A stretch of 64,000 bases of DNA from the NCBI GenBank assembly GCA_964016885.1, contig CAXHJY010001492.1:106134-170133 (forward strand), written 5' to 3'. Positions 12,466 through 26,110 of this stretch are shown here, piece by piece. A program made the translations under genes and the position numbers. Below the pieces are notes generated by a model. It was not told where the DNA came from. It ran no database searches and was given only the letters and a program-made list of their open reading frames with translations. Each line of letters opens with the position of its first letter. Position 1 is the stretch's first letter. The stretch comes from Eledone cirrhosa (lineage: Eukaryota).

Positions 12466-12885
12466 TATACAGGTGCAGGCGTGTGTATGTCTGGGTTTGT
12501 AATCGTGTTCATATACGTGTATGTGAGTGTATAATGAACACGATGCCAAATTTATATATATACCATCAAAGAAAACAAAAGCCCCTTTAATATATCCTGA
12601 ACTCTATACTCCGACTATTTTGTCGTTCTATACACAGCAGACCACTTACAAGACAATATGATGAATAAATAATGCCAGACAGATTTATAAAATATCGAAA
12701 TACTTTAATATAAAATGACAAATACACAATTTTGATGGCAGCGCCCAGCAGATATGAATACTAATACTTTAAAAATATTATAATGTGAAATATTTACTTC
12801 CGTTTCTTTGTTCACTCAATCTGTTTACTTCACCTTGGCGCACAACACCTTTGTATATTTATATATATACACATATATAATATAT

Positions 12886-12920
<35 letters not shown>

Positions 12921-13107
12921 CATACATACTTACACACACACATATATATACATACATACACACACATATACATACATACACACACATATACATACATACA
13001 TACACACACATATATATACATACACACACATTCAGATACATACAGTTTGGCTGCTAGCGCACTATATATATATATATATATATAGGTGTGAGAGAGAGAT
13101 TGCATAT

Positions 13108-13288
13108 AATTGTTTCTAATTTGGGGAACAAGGCCAGCAAGTACCCAGTACATTACTGGTACTTTATTTTATCGACCCCGTAAGGATGAAAGGCAAAGTT
13201 AACCTCGGCGGGATTTGAACTCAGATCATAAAGGGATGTAACTCTATGCTTTAAAGCATGGTCTCCGACTCTCTACCGATACTACCAA
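13108..13288 (-). mobile_element. tRNA-derived SINE family 1, near full length
   Basis: Same A/B box, body and tail as 6225-6412. Confidence 0.9.
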
Positions 13289-13514
13289 TAGCAACACACA
13301 AGAATATATAAAATGTGTATATATATAATAACCACTACACAATAGACTGATATACGGAATGACTTGGCTGATATTTTCATAACCGAAGACATATCAATAA
13401 ATGAACGATTTTGTTTGAAATGTTTTATGGGATAAGAAACGCAACACTGGAGCTCCTACACCCCGTGTCTAGTGATTATGGCATGTATAGCTGTTCTTTT
13501 ACTAGAAATATTCT

Positions 13515-13790
13515 CAGTTCTAATCCCGCAAAGGTAAGCTTGGCCTTTCATCATTACGGGGGATCGATAAAATAAAGCACAGTAATGCACTTGGGTCAAT
13601 TTCCCCTCCCACCAAAATTGCTGGCCTCGTGCCTATAGTAGAAACCATTATTATTAAAGTAGAAACAAGTATTAGGGTGGTGAATTGTCAGAATTGTAAA
13701 AGTGTCGGACACTGCTCCACGGCTTAGTGTTACGTCTAATTACGTTCTGAGTTCAAATCCTGCTGAGGTTAGCTTTGCCTTTCATCAAGA
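13515..13790 (+). mobile_element. Two SINE family 1 fragments
   Basis: ttctcagttctaatcc..gcctttcatc..gatcgataaaataaag, and ggtggtgaattgtcagaattg..gttcaaatcc. Confidence 0.75.
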
Positions 13791-14422
13791 ACCCGGTGCC
13801 ATGCATCAGTGTAATTGACATATTTAATAAATAACAGATTAAACTTGTTTTATTTTTTTTTTACACACAAAAAGGAACTTTTCTTTTTCGTCAACGCTAA
13901 GTAGAGAAATAAAACGTCCGCATATATTAACTTTTATTTCTAACTCATCGAAATTCCAATACAATGAATATCAAAGTACATCCTATTACCATGGGGATAG
14001 TTTCGGTTTTCAATGCCAAGATTCAAGATATATCTATCTTTATATCATGATAGATTCTCCCGTTTCTCTTATCGATATATGTTCACTAATACGTTATAGA
14101 TATGTAAATGTCGTCGGTTAAAATTGATATATCGATTAAGAGACATATCTTTTACTGGTGGTCTTTGAAGAGCTTCCTGAATGCTCCTGTCATCATAAAT
14201 TGATATTTCTTACAGTTTGGTTATTTTGTGAGTCTTTGAGACTTCTGGTGGCGTGTATGTGTGTGTGAGTGTGTTTGTAAGTGTATGTGTGTGTGAGTGT
14301 GTTTGTAAGTGTATGTGTGCGTGAGTGCAGTCTCTTTTCAGAGAAAGATATTTCAAGATGTCGGCAAAACTTTCTTTGTATGAAAGTTTGAAATGTCATG
14401 ACAAACACACACAAGTGTGTAC

Positions 14423-14470
<48 letters not shown>

Positions 14471-14819
14471 GTGGTAATAATAATATTAATAAATGGAATA
14501 TTAAAAATGCTTTACCGGGCGGTTAAAAGCTCAATGCTATGGGCTTCACACAGAACTGTTATACAGTGAAATTCCGTTATAATGAAATTGACGGTGGATA
14601 AAAAAAAAAAATTCTTTATAATGAGATCGGTCGAAACAAATCGACCGTTTGTTAGTTATTACCCCGTGTTTAGAAATTAAACAATAAATGAATGAAAACA
14701 AACTTGGAATAGGACTAAATCATGCTAAAATATAAATATATATTTCAAATATCTTCGGACATCGCAGCCCATGTGTGATAAGAATGTTAGAACAATGGAG
14801 ACAGAACATTACATATAAA

Positions 14820-14958
14820 ATAATTGTTTCTACCTTTGGCACAAGACCAGCAATTACCCAGTGCATTACTGATACTTTATTTTATCGACCCCGCAAGGAT
14901 GAAAGGCAAAATTAACCTCGGCGGGGGGGGGGGGGGGGGGGGGGATTTGAACTCAGAA
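14820..14958 (-). mobile_element. SINE family 1 fragment with a poly-G expansion
   Basis: Family body with a long G run in place of 'ggcggga'. Confidence 0.85.
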
Positions 14959-15482
14959 TGGCAAAACAACAAATATATTGAAATGTTACCGTTGAGATAT
15001 TGTAGTTAATTAGTCCTGATATTACAGTAAAGATATTGAAATGTTTCTGTAGAAATACTGTAGTTAATTAGTCCTGATATTACAGTTTAAGAACTTCACT
15101 GAGGCTTCTAAGAACAAGAAAGGGTTTGAGACGTTTGTAAAGGACGAGTCTATTGTGTTTGAACATCGATATTGGAATAATCAAGTGTGTGCTACTAGAA
15201 ATACCACGTGTGCGTAAGAAAAGATATCACGTGGAGAATATGAAGCAGCATTTTGGGGTTCGAGGACAATTCTGCGAGAAGGAATGTGTCGAATTTTTTT
15301 TTTTTTCTCGTTGAAGCGAGGAAATTTGGCTGCTTGGAGTTTAATTTTCGTTCGATGGACTGAAATATGGTTCCCATATTTGCTAATTCGTGTTCATAAA
15401 GAGTGGCAGAAACGTATTTCATGTGTTTCCGAAACAATGGTAACCATGTAAAGCAGGCATGACAAACCAAGGATCCCCCAAA

Positions 15483-15774
15483 ATTTTGAAAGTAGGTTTA
15501 TAAGTATGAATTTTCATGATATTTTCGTAGTTGTTTCCGTGGCCTAGCGATCAGTACTAGAGACGGTGGATATCTTGGTCTTGGGTTCAATCTTTTTCAG
15601 TTTTTATTTCATAACCCATAGAAAAAAGCTGAAAAGGTTTACCGGGAACCCTACTCCCGACCAGGATCGAACTTCGGACCTGAATCACCACCGTCTATGA
15701 TTCTTCCAACTAGGCCGCCGAGATCTCTACAAAATTATGATGAAAATTGATAATTATAAACCTACTTTAAAAAT
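15483..15774. mobile_element. Imperfect ~290-bp palindrome made of two convergent tRNA-like units
   Basis: Ends attttgaaagtaggtttataa / ttataaacctactttaaaaat. Each arm has an A-box-like (g[t/c]ggcctag) and a B-box-like (gttc[a/g]atc) motif followed by ttttcag(c)tttt. A third unit lies at 15866-16016. Confidence 0.7.
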
Positions 15775-15798
15775 CAAAGTTGAATTAATTCAATTTAA

Positions 15799-15836
<38 letters not shown>

Positions 15837-15865
15837 CACTTTAAATTATATATATATATATATCT

Positions 15866-16016
15866 ATTTTGAAAGTAGGTTTATAAGTATGAATCTTCAC
15901 GAGAGTTTCGTAGCATTGTCAGTGGTCTAGCGGTAAGCACTAGCGACTGTGGAGATTGTGGTCTTGCGTTCAATCCTAGGCAAGAGGTACATGTAATCTT
16001 TTTCAGTTTTTATTTT
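15866..16016 (+). pseudogene. tRNA-like unit (possible GTG/His anticodon) with conserved 5' flank
   Basis: gtggtctagcggtaagcactagcgactGTGgagattgtggtcttgcgttcaatcc followed by T-rich runs; the upstream ~50 bp matches the 15483 arm. Confidence 0.5.
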
Positions 16017-17920
16017 ACAAATATCACAGAGATTCTTTGCTTAAACTTTAATCTATACATATAATATATATACATGTGTGTATTTGATAAGTTGAGGATA
16101 TTATAATTACATTTTACTGGAATTATAACAATTACCTTATTTAGTAATTTAGTTCTTCTCTAAGTATTAATCTAATGCGACTCTAATGTTCTCCTCCCGA
16201 GACTGTTCTTTTATTTGTGTGTATTGTATTCTCTGTTGGTCGACTTCATTAATTCTTAAATATTTATATGGTTGTATTTGATCTAATACTTTTGTCTTTT
16301 TCTCTATTACTATTATTATTATATAACAACATTAAATATGTATATTAATGTCAGAAGTTTTATCAAATAAAGTAAGTATATTAAATTTATGTTCGTATAC
16401 TTTGGCCATCACTGTCATAAAACAGAATAGTCCAACACGTGTACGTTACATACCTCGTTTCAATTAGTTAACATCATTATGTAAAACTTTTGTTAACATC
16501 ATTATGTATAACTTTTGAGTATCAGACAGAATTCCTTGGGAGATTCGTTCCAATTCTCTAAACACCGATTTCAAATCCTACTTAGGTCAACGCCGTCTTT
16601 CTTCCTTTCTCTCTCTTTCTTTCGCTCACTCTCTCGCTCCCACCCTTTCTGCCCTCTCTCCCTCTCTCTAAGGAAGAAATAGGCTGTGGTTAGGAATGGG
16701 TTCTAACAGGATTAGATGGTGAGAGATCACGTTATTGTCATGATGATGATGTTCCTACGACACCATTAATATTTGAGGTGGGGAGGGGGCAAGCATGACT
16801 GTATAGAGATTAATGTTGAGTTGTAGTATTAAAACAATAGAAAGGGAAAGAAAAAAGAAAAGTAAGAAGGAATGAACGAAATTTGGGAGTCTGTACGTGG
16901 TAGAGCGACCCCGTATTTGACTGGTACTTTGTCTTTCTTTATTTCAAGAGTCGACAGAATAAAGTCGACTTGAACGGGTTTATACTAGAAAATAAAGGAC
17001 TGTAACTTAATAGGGCAAACTATTGTATCCAACACTATCCATCATACAAATCTACTATTGTTTATACAAAACCTAATGTTTATATCTCCATATACGTTTA
17101 TTACATATATATGTGTGTGTTTATATGTATCTGTGTTTGGCCATAACCCTGTCAGTACTTCTTTGTGTGTATATACGAAAGTTTATGTGTATTTGTTTGT
17201 TTTCCCATGTGTGTGTGTATATATATATCTGTATTTACGGAAATGTTTATTTTGGCACGTCTCTAGAATATTATTCATTCGGTTGAGTTTAACTGATCTT
17301 TTTTACTTTCTAATATTTCTGTCTAACTTCCCTTTCATCTCTTTCTCTCGCTATCAGTCTTTCCATTTATTATTTTGTTTCAGATCTCCTCATTCTCCTA
17401 GTATATTTCTCCTGCCACAGAACTTCCCAATATCTACCCGGGGTATACAAAACTATGTGCCAACAAGTGAAACACTACATTGCCAGCCCAATCAGTTAAA
17501 ATCTTCGGTCAACATCCTCTCAAATCATATCCTAACGCCCTAAAAAGGCAAGGACATATATATAATAGTGTAATTTAGCCCTTGTGTCTATCTGAATGTT
17601 GATATAGCTTTTGAACATGCCTAGATGTACTCTTAATTAATCGAAGTTCTTTTCGTATGTGAGACGCTACTGTATCTGTATTTAATAAAAGTCTAAAGTC
17701 TATCTCGACTCCGGAGACTCATCAGACCAGTGCTTATTCTGGTGTCCGTGGCGTAAAGTGGCCGTGTGTATAGGACACCTCTCTGAACAGGGTTAAACCT
17801 CCAGGTATTGCTGGTACTCATTTTCAGCTGAGTATATATAAATATATAAAAGGTAAACAAAAATAACAACACAATCGATACAGTATATGGAAGGGATAAG
17901 CTGATATAGCAGGAAGGGTG

Positions 17921-17956
17921 TCTTAAAGTTTCGGACGCTAGTCCTTCATCAGAAAA
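17921..17956 (-). ncRNA. Minimal hammerhead ribozyme motif (family A)
   Basis: Reverse complement ttttCTGATGA a GGAC-tagc-GTCC GAAA ctttaaga, within a ~200-bp cassette at about 17845-18050 next to (TA)n. Confidence 0.7.
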
Positions 17957-18056
17957 AAGAATGAGAAATAAGATAGATTGAGGGGACGGGCGGGAAGGAA
18001 TTGGAAAAAACGTCTTTAGATAAAAATAACAGGTCCATTCATGTTGACATCTCTTG

Positions 18057-18109
<53 letters not shown>

Positions 18110-18789
18110 TACTGGTGGTGTAGTAGGGTGCTGTTGTCTTTGGTATTTGAAATCTGGCGGAATACATCCAGAGAAGGTGAAAGGGAGGGGAAGTGAGTAA
18201 AAGGCATAAACTATAAGTATTGAACCACAGTACTAGACTGACCCTTTTTTTTATCAACTTCGAAAGGATGAAAGACGAAGTTAAATTCGGCGGGATTTGA
18301 ACTCAGAACAGAGAGAAGCGGAAATAATACGGCAAAACATTCAATACGAGGTTCTCACGACACTGCCTCATACATACACACAAACAAGCACACACACACA
18401 CGTGTGTGTGTGTGTATCCTTCTCAACCTCTCGGTATCTATTTCCTTCCAATTTTCACCTTATCCTCCTTCTCGTTGTCTTCTCTCATCCATCATCTCAG
18501 CATCCTATCTCTGGCCTTGCCATCACATAACTTGGCTTTCACTCAGAGAAACTCTTTCTCTTCGTATTGCACAAACGGTGCCGATTCTCCTAATTTCATG
18601 CCGCTTCATCGCATATGGCAACTTTGTTTATTACAGATGCTTTGGAGACACAAACATCAAAGATATTCAACATATTTCGGATGTTTTATATCATCTCCTT
18701 TCTTGCTTTTTTTGTTGTTGTTTTTATTGTCTTTGTTTGTATTCTTTTTCTGTTTCTTATTTATACTCTACAACCTTCTTTTCAAATAA

Positions 18790-19185
18790 TAATAATGGTT
18801 TCTAATTTAAGCATGAGGCCAGCAATGTTTGGAGGGAGAGTCAAGCCGATTAAATCGACCCAGTGCATTACTGGTACTTTATTTTAACAACAACATATAT
18901 GATGGTTTCTGATTTGGGCACAAGGCCACAATTTTGGGGGGAAGGTCAAGCCGATTAAATCGACCCAGTGCATTACTGGTACTTTATTTTAACAACAAAT
19001 AATTGTTTCTGATTTAGGCACAAAGCCAAGAATTTTGAAGAGAGGAGAAAGACGATTAAATCGACCCAGGTGTATTACTGGTACTTTATCGGTAAGGATG
19101 AAAGACATAGCTAATCTCGCCGAGATTTGTACTTGGAATGTAAAGTGCCGGAACAAATACTGCTAAGCTTTTGTCCGACTCTCTC
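18790..19185 (-). mobile_element. SINE family 1 with three tandem 3' tail segments
   Basis: Three repeats of ggtttct.attt.gc..aggcc..gattaaatcgaccca..ttactggtacttta at about 18797, 18903 and 19003. Confidence 0.8.
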
Positions 19186-20579
19186 ATTATAGTAAATATA
19201 GTTCTCTTTTTACTTTTACGTTGAATCTAAAAGCTGAATAAATATTGTTTAAAGAATGATCGCTGATTTAAACATTTAGCCAATTCACTCACTCTGCTGA
19301 TATAAAAGCTTTTATCTTTTCTATTGTATTATGTTTTGTTTTAGTTTTTGTTTCCTTTTGATCATCTCTATGCCAATCTTCTTCACTGTTTGTTGTGTAT
19401 TTCGAAATTTAATCCAAAAAAATTAATGTTTCTCGCTTTAAATATTTGCTTGTATATTGGCACAAGAACACACAGTAGATTTGGCTGGGTGTTGTCATAA
19501 ATCGATTCCCCGTCTTTATAATTGATTAACTGCCCCCACCATCTCAAACATGATTCAATCACCGTATGATCAAATCCGTACAAGCCATAACCACACTATC
19601 TCTGTGTAAGTTATTTGCTTCCAGGCCTTCCATATTTTAAAGGGTATAGAACATGGCGTCCGACCCTCTACCGATATTGCCAATCCACCGCCCTTATATA
19701 TATATAACGAAGAAAGGAACGGTTGAACAGCGAGTGAGTTTAAAACAATATAATCAATTTATCAACCAAGTTCTTCTAACTGGTACAGACAGTTGGGATG
19801 CCACTCTAGTCATTTCACTGGGCTTTAGAAATGTTTGGCTGTGTCCATATCCTTTGCAAACATATAGTCTCTTATAAGGGAGATGGTTATGTCCAAAATG
19901 GTGGTGGTGGAGGTAAATCCAGTAAAGGATTAAACCTATCACCCAAGAACTCGAACATTCAAAGAACCAGGATAAATATCGATAAGAACTTCATTGGACG
20001 ATGCTATAACATCTCCATCAAGTCACATCTCAGTTCTAGTATTCTATTTTATCGACTCGACTACGAAAGAATAAAAAACAAAATAAATTCAGCCTCAGCT
20101 CAGTAAGATTTAAACTAAGGCGTAAATTGACGTAACCAATTACACAATACTTCCAGTTAGTCGCTCTAACAATCCTGCCAACTCACCACAGTCTCGGGTG
20201 TGGAGGGGACTTCAGCAAATTCCCCTGTGTTGGAAGTATTCGGGTTAGCTATTTGTTCTGACCAGAACACCCTCGCTTGCCGCTACCAGTCATAGAGGTC
20301 TTTAGCCTGTGACTAAACCGTAGTAAAACATATACCACGACACTAATTCCTATAAGTCAACATCATAAATCAGTTGAACCAGCATTCAAGGGTATTGCTT
20401 GACTATATTCACTGTTTTTACAGTATGGAATAACATTTCTACATAATTGAAATGGCAAGGACTTTCAAACTAAAGTGATTTATGAGGAAAGGCCTTTGAA
20501 GATTCTCTCTCTCTTTCACACACAGCCACACACATTTCTCTCTCATTTACATAGATACATACACACACATATATATATT

Positions 20580-20632
<53 letters not shown>

Positions 20633-21568
20633 CCACAGTCGTCACTTGCAGTCGAGTATGGTTTGCTAGTATGTACCATGTTTTCACAGAGGCGTTTTAG
20701 GTGACCATGGAATTATAAGCTGCCTCAGATATTCCCTCGTCCCTCATCCACTTTATGCTGCGGAACATATGAGAGAACTCCACCAGCAATGGATTGTTTC
20801 TTTCTATACCTACCCACGAAATGAAATCAGTGGATATGAGCGGGATTTAAACTTTGAACACAGAGGGCTGGAACACATATTCAACACCATAATAACTCTG
20901 TCAAGTCGACCGCCATTATTTCCCCTTATAAATAAATAAATATATAGATACATAGATATATAAATAAATAACTATCAACTTTGCAGCCTAGACGAGATAA
21001 ATCAATATTTGTTTTAGTTATTTAAAATACTTAAACGGGCGAATGTTAAGCAGCACTTAAAAATAATGTTTGGCAGAGACAACATAACCATTTTAAAATG
21101 TAGATAAACAAAGTCTAGCTAGAATATTGATGACGTGATAAAATCTACATAAAAAAACCAATCGAACATGTCCGAGACTCTTTCTGGACAAGTGAGATGG
21201 TGACATTGAGTCTTGGACAGAATCCAATCTGTTGGAGTTTTCAAAACAGTGATGACAGTAAGTATATAATTAAATTGAACTATATTTTTTATTAGTACTT
21301 AAAATACTCGGATATCGAAATTATGTTGGATAACAGATATTTTTTCGTTCATTTCTGTTCTTTTCAGTTTGACATGAAGAAAACTGTTATTGCGTTATTG
21401 TACGGACACACATACACACACACATATATATATATATATGTATATATATATGTATAATACATATATATATATATGTGTGTGTGTGTGTAATACATATATG
21501 TATGTATAATACACACACACTCACACATATGTAACTGGGGCCATAATGAATATATTTATTATGACTAC

Positions 21569-21613
<45 letters not shown>

Positions 21614-23168
21614 AGTGTGTTTATGCGTATATATATATATATATATATATATATGCATAGACACAGAGAGAGAGAGACATGTGTGTAATATAGTAGTGAC
21701 ATGCATGCAGTGACGGTCACAAAGAATTCAGTGATGGACACAGAGTAAAATAACAAACGTTAGAAATCGAGACGGTTCTAGATTACAACAAATGTGGTTT
21801 TATTTGGCCAACTTTCAAGATTGCAATCATTTGGAAGATGGCCAGACGAAACTGTCAATTTCCGTAATCTAGACCTATATTTTTAACTTAATATCAATTA
21901 AATATATTTCGGAAGCTAAACATCGCAATTTCTTTACAGCGACTTCCAATATTTCGGAAGCTGAAACCTGGCCATGCCTTGCTCCGAAACCCATATTTCG
22001 GAAACTAAAATATAGCAAATCGTTACTGAGTGGTCTAAATTTCAGACTATTATACGAGGATGAAAAGTAGACGGGTTTTAGTAAAATGGAGGGAAGCTAT
22101 TTGAATAATTTGAGGAACTTTGATCGGATGTAATTAGGGCAAAACCTCAAACTGGGGGACCATATAATCGTTGTAGTCAATATATAAATAAAACAAACTC
22201 TAGAGAAGAAAACATTAAATTAAAAAGAAGATAGCAACGATGAGGAACAATGAATCTTTTGTTTATTTTACAGAATATATATTTCTAAAAGGCATATCGT
22301 TAAAATGTAAACTAAGTGGGGAAGAAGAGATGATTTAAATGTGCAAAATATATGTAAATGTAGATAATGGAGTAAGGTCAAATAAATTCAAACATATAGC
22401 TAATAGAAAGAACATTTATCCGAAGATCAAAGCAGTTAGGAAATCTACATTCAACTGTATATATTCACATATTCAAAGACTCATTCCAACGATATTTAAC
22501 AATTGAAATTGAAACTTTAACGTGGACTGATTTATCCTAAACCATAAAACATATCAACTAACTTTCATATTAAAGTGGATGAATATGAGAATGTATAATT
22601 TACAACCTATGAAATCAGGAAAAAATGTGTATGAAATATTATGATGCGTGTATATAATCATTATGATTATATACACACGATAAATAGCGCCTATCTAACT
22701 TCATAATTATTCATAACTATTCCCTTTTAACTTATAAATTCTGTATCAAATAACAATCAGTTTATTATTGCTTATGTTAGAAACAATTATTAATATTACT
22801 TTGATATTACATTAATGTTATTTTAATATTATTTTAATAACATTCTTAAATTAAGACAAAGCTGTTCAAACATATAGGTAGATCATATATGTTTGATCAA
22901 CTGAAATAAACACGATTTCCGTAAAATCTGACGCTCTCAAATATATATCTAGTAAACAAGACAGGATAATAAAGCAACAAAATGTAATTTAATGTTAAAA
23001 TTGCACTCAATTGAATTTTTAAAGAACAAAATCGATGAATTATGGGAATGAATCTTTTTTAATTAGACAGAATCAGTTCTTGATGAAAGAATAGGCACGT
23101 GTATTTGTTTCCCCTTTCTTTCCCCGTTCCTTCCTTCGTTTTTATTTTATCTTTTACTTCTAATTCCA

Positions 23169-23204
23169 TCTTCTGACGAAAGATTAGTGTCCGAAACATT
23201 AAGA
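23169..23204 (+). ncRNA. Minimal hammerhead ribozyme motif (family A)
   Basis: tctt CTGACGA a agat-tagt-gtcc GAAA catt aaga; cassette about 23094-23305. Confidence 0.6.
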
Positions 23205-24050
23205 CTACTATTTTCCTGCTATTTCAAGTGTTAAACTAATATATTTCTTTAATGTACTGTGTCGTTTGTTTTGTTATTTCTGTTTACTTTTTACTTATTT
23301 TTACCAGTTGGCATAAAGAACAAATCTACTCCAATATAGGATTTCTTTGTTTTCCAAAAATTCCAGTCAAATAATTTTATCAGAATTATCTCCCTTTACA
23401 GTTGTATGCCACAAAGTATGTTGTTCGACGCTCTACCTATTACTGCCAATCCACCACTCTTAAATTCATATTGTATTTAATAATAATACTGCTACTGCTG
23501 ATGTTGATGTTGGTGCATCTGATCTAATTGCTCTTGACGTCGGAGAGTCTTATGTAAATCTATTAGGTCTTCAATCGATTATGCAAATTCTAGGAAGAAT
23601 GTAACTAATTTGATACAAGGTTGATTAAAATAAGTAAAGATCAGTGATTTGGCGCTGACAGGAATCATAATAGAGACAGCAGACAGTGGAGGAGCTGGGG
23701 TTAGGATGGGGTGGTGGACGAGGAAGATGTAGTATCTATTGCCAGACAAGATAAACGGAGTTGTAGTCATTCCAGCATGCTTTAATAGAATTAGCCTCCT
23801 TATTTGTCTCTATTCGGCATTGATACTGACATTCCGTAAAATAAAAGCGTACATTGCAAGGTTTTGTAGGTAATACGTAAGGTAGCTTTGAAGAATAATA
23901 GGACAGATTCACGGCAGATACAGGAAGAGTATATAAAGATACATACATATATACATACATACACGTATGTATGTATGTGGATGTGAGATTGCATACACTA
24001 TAATATACATGTTATTTACATAAACATATGACATAGATAGAAACACACAC

Positions 24051-24114
<64 letters not shown>

Positions 24115-24118
<4 letters not shown>

Positions 24119-24248
24119 GTATTTCCCGGCGGCCAAGATGCTTCGTCCTCGAGGATTGCACCCTAATTTTGACAACCAAAACTTTGAAAGAAATAACAAA
24201 CAACCTTCGGCCTCCAGGACGCATGGTAGATTTTTTTTTTGACGACGG

Positions 24249-24254
<6 letters not shown>
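24115..24254. mobile_element. Possible Tc1/mariner-superfamily (pogo/Tc2-like) MITE remnant in (TA)n
   Basis: Starts ta-ccgtatttcccggcg, a TIR start typical of this group; the other end (gacgacgggaata) is a degenerate complement. Confidence 0.45.
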
Positions 24255-24286
<32 letters not shown>

Positions 24287-24596
24287 AAATAAACAAATCA
24301 GATCCATAGCATCAACAGGTGGTTTGATGTAGTTTGGTATCAAATGGGTTAAATAAGGATTTTACTACAACTAATGCAACAACTTTGATTAGTAGAAACA
24401 TGATTTTATCGACTACAAAGTGACGAAAGTCAAAGTCAACCTTGGTGAAATTTGAACTCAGATCCTAGAGAACCGGAACAACTGAATAAAACAAAGCATT
24501 TTGTGCTAAGCTCTGACGTTTAAATTGATCCAAAGATATATATTCAGAAAAAAAATTATCTTAATGTGTAATAATGTAGGAGTTGAATAGATATAG

Positions 24597-24640
<44 letters not shown>

Positions 24641-25379
24641 TACATACATACATACACACACATATATATAATGATTCCTGGTCTACACAGTTTGTAACAT
24701 GAAGAAATAAGTAAGGAATCTGTAATAAGAAATTTAGTTATGGTCTCCTAGAGAAAATTGCGTTTGTCAGAAGAAATTTGCAGGTGAAGGGAAATGTTTT
24801 ATTCGGAATAAGAATTTTTAATAAGCCCCATGCGGGAAATGTGAGAAAGCCACCCTTAAAGACAAGAAATGTATTTGTTAAGAAGACATTTCCGTAAAAA
24901 AAAAACAATAAAAAAAACAAAAAAAAAAACAGAATGAAAAACTACTCCTGTGTATATAATGTAATGAAAGCTTAAGAGAACACCTACACCTGCATATGAC
25001 AATCCATTTACATGAAAAGCAGTTGACTATTCTTAGCCATGTTACATTTTGAAATAAAACAGCAAGCTGGAGATATTTTTCTTCGTGTTTTGCGGTTGTT
25101 TTTTCCTCGATAATTCAACACGAGAATTGCCTGCATACAAATAATCTCGCATTCAGAATAAGGTGAATGGGAAAAAAGATTCTTTAATCAACTAAGACTG
25201 TCCTTGCAATTTCAAGACGGAATCTTCCTTTACAATTGTTGAAACCGGAGAGGAGGTCTATATATATAGAATTGCTTCAAATTATTTTCAGACGATGCTG
25301 TTGGCATGGACTTTGTTTATGACCGAACTTAATAAAAGCAACGGACATATTTTGATGGGTTTAGTCATTTTGGTGGGGG

Positions 25380-25640
25380 CGGGTGGCTTCGTGGTTAGAT
25401 AATTGGATTTGCAATCACGAGGCTGCAAGTTCGATTCCAGGGTCGGTTTCCTTGAGCAAGATACATTTTATTTCACGTTGCTTTTTTTGTTAGGAATTGC
25501 GACCGGTAGATAGTATCAGTAATAGAAAGACCAATGGAAACATTGTTTACTTGGTCCGATTTGACAAGTTCCAGTTCCAATCCACAACATGGTCTGGGAT
25601 CTTTCCAATCGATTCCTATTTTTTGGTTCTTCTCAGCGAA
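25380..25640 (+). mobile_element. SINE family 2 with extended 3' region
   Basis: gtggcttcgtggttag..gttcgattcc..ccttgagcaagatac; the 3' part gaccgg.agatagtatcag..gaaagaccaat is shared with 52412-52660. Confidence 0.75.
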
Positions 25641-25883
25641 GCATGTTCCTTCCTCAAGTAGAATTAGTTAAACTAGAACACGAATATTTATAGTGGAAAG
25701 ATAATATAGGCTGATTGCCCGAGGGAAGCACTCTGCATGACATACAGATAGAGCCATGCATTCCTGAGTATAAATATCTGCACGTTACAATAAACTGAAT
25801 ACCAGTCACGTACGTTGGTTAATACAACCACCTAAATCTGCTGCACTGTCTATACGACATACGTGTCTCCTTCTATCTATAAA

Positions 25884-26084
25884 TACGAGGCTCCGCTAAA
25901 AGTACATAGGCTGACCAAGATACTCTCATGGAATGACGAAATGAGGTTTATTTTTCAACATAGTCCATGGAAAGAAACGATGCAGTTATTAATAAAAAGA
26001 GTTGCTATTAATGCATGCAAGATTTCACAGCCCTAATATTACTCTTTCGTAGTCAGCCTATGAATCTTTCAGCCCACCAACGTA
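25884..26084. mobile_element. Mariner-like MITE
   Basis: Imperfect TIRs ta-cgaggctccgctaaaagtacataggctgac / gtcagcctatgaatctttcagcccaccaacg-ta with TA flanks. Confidence 0.75.
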
Positions 26085-26110
26085 TATATATCTGTTCGGA
26101 TCTAGCTATT

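Noticed and set aside
15195-15470. 91-aa minus-strand ORF or possible GIY-YIG remnant
   Set aside because: Only vague resemblance in an alternative frame with stops; cannot be supported without a profile search.
19383-19600. Minus-strand frame CGYGLYGFDHTVIESCLRWWG..
   Set aside because: Short, no recognisable domain and no convincing splice donor.
21904-22012. Repeat-spacer pattern as a CRISPR array
   Set aside because: Only three short imperfect repeats, the spacers are weakly similar to each other, and there are no cas genes.
25292-25332. Tiny possible terminal exon (DAVGMDFVYDRT*) after ttttcag
   Set aside because: Too short to distinguish from chance.
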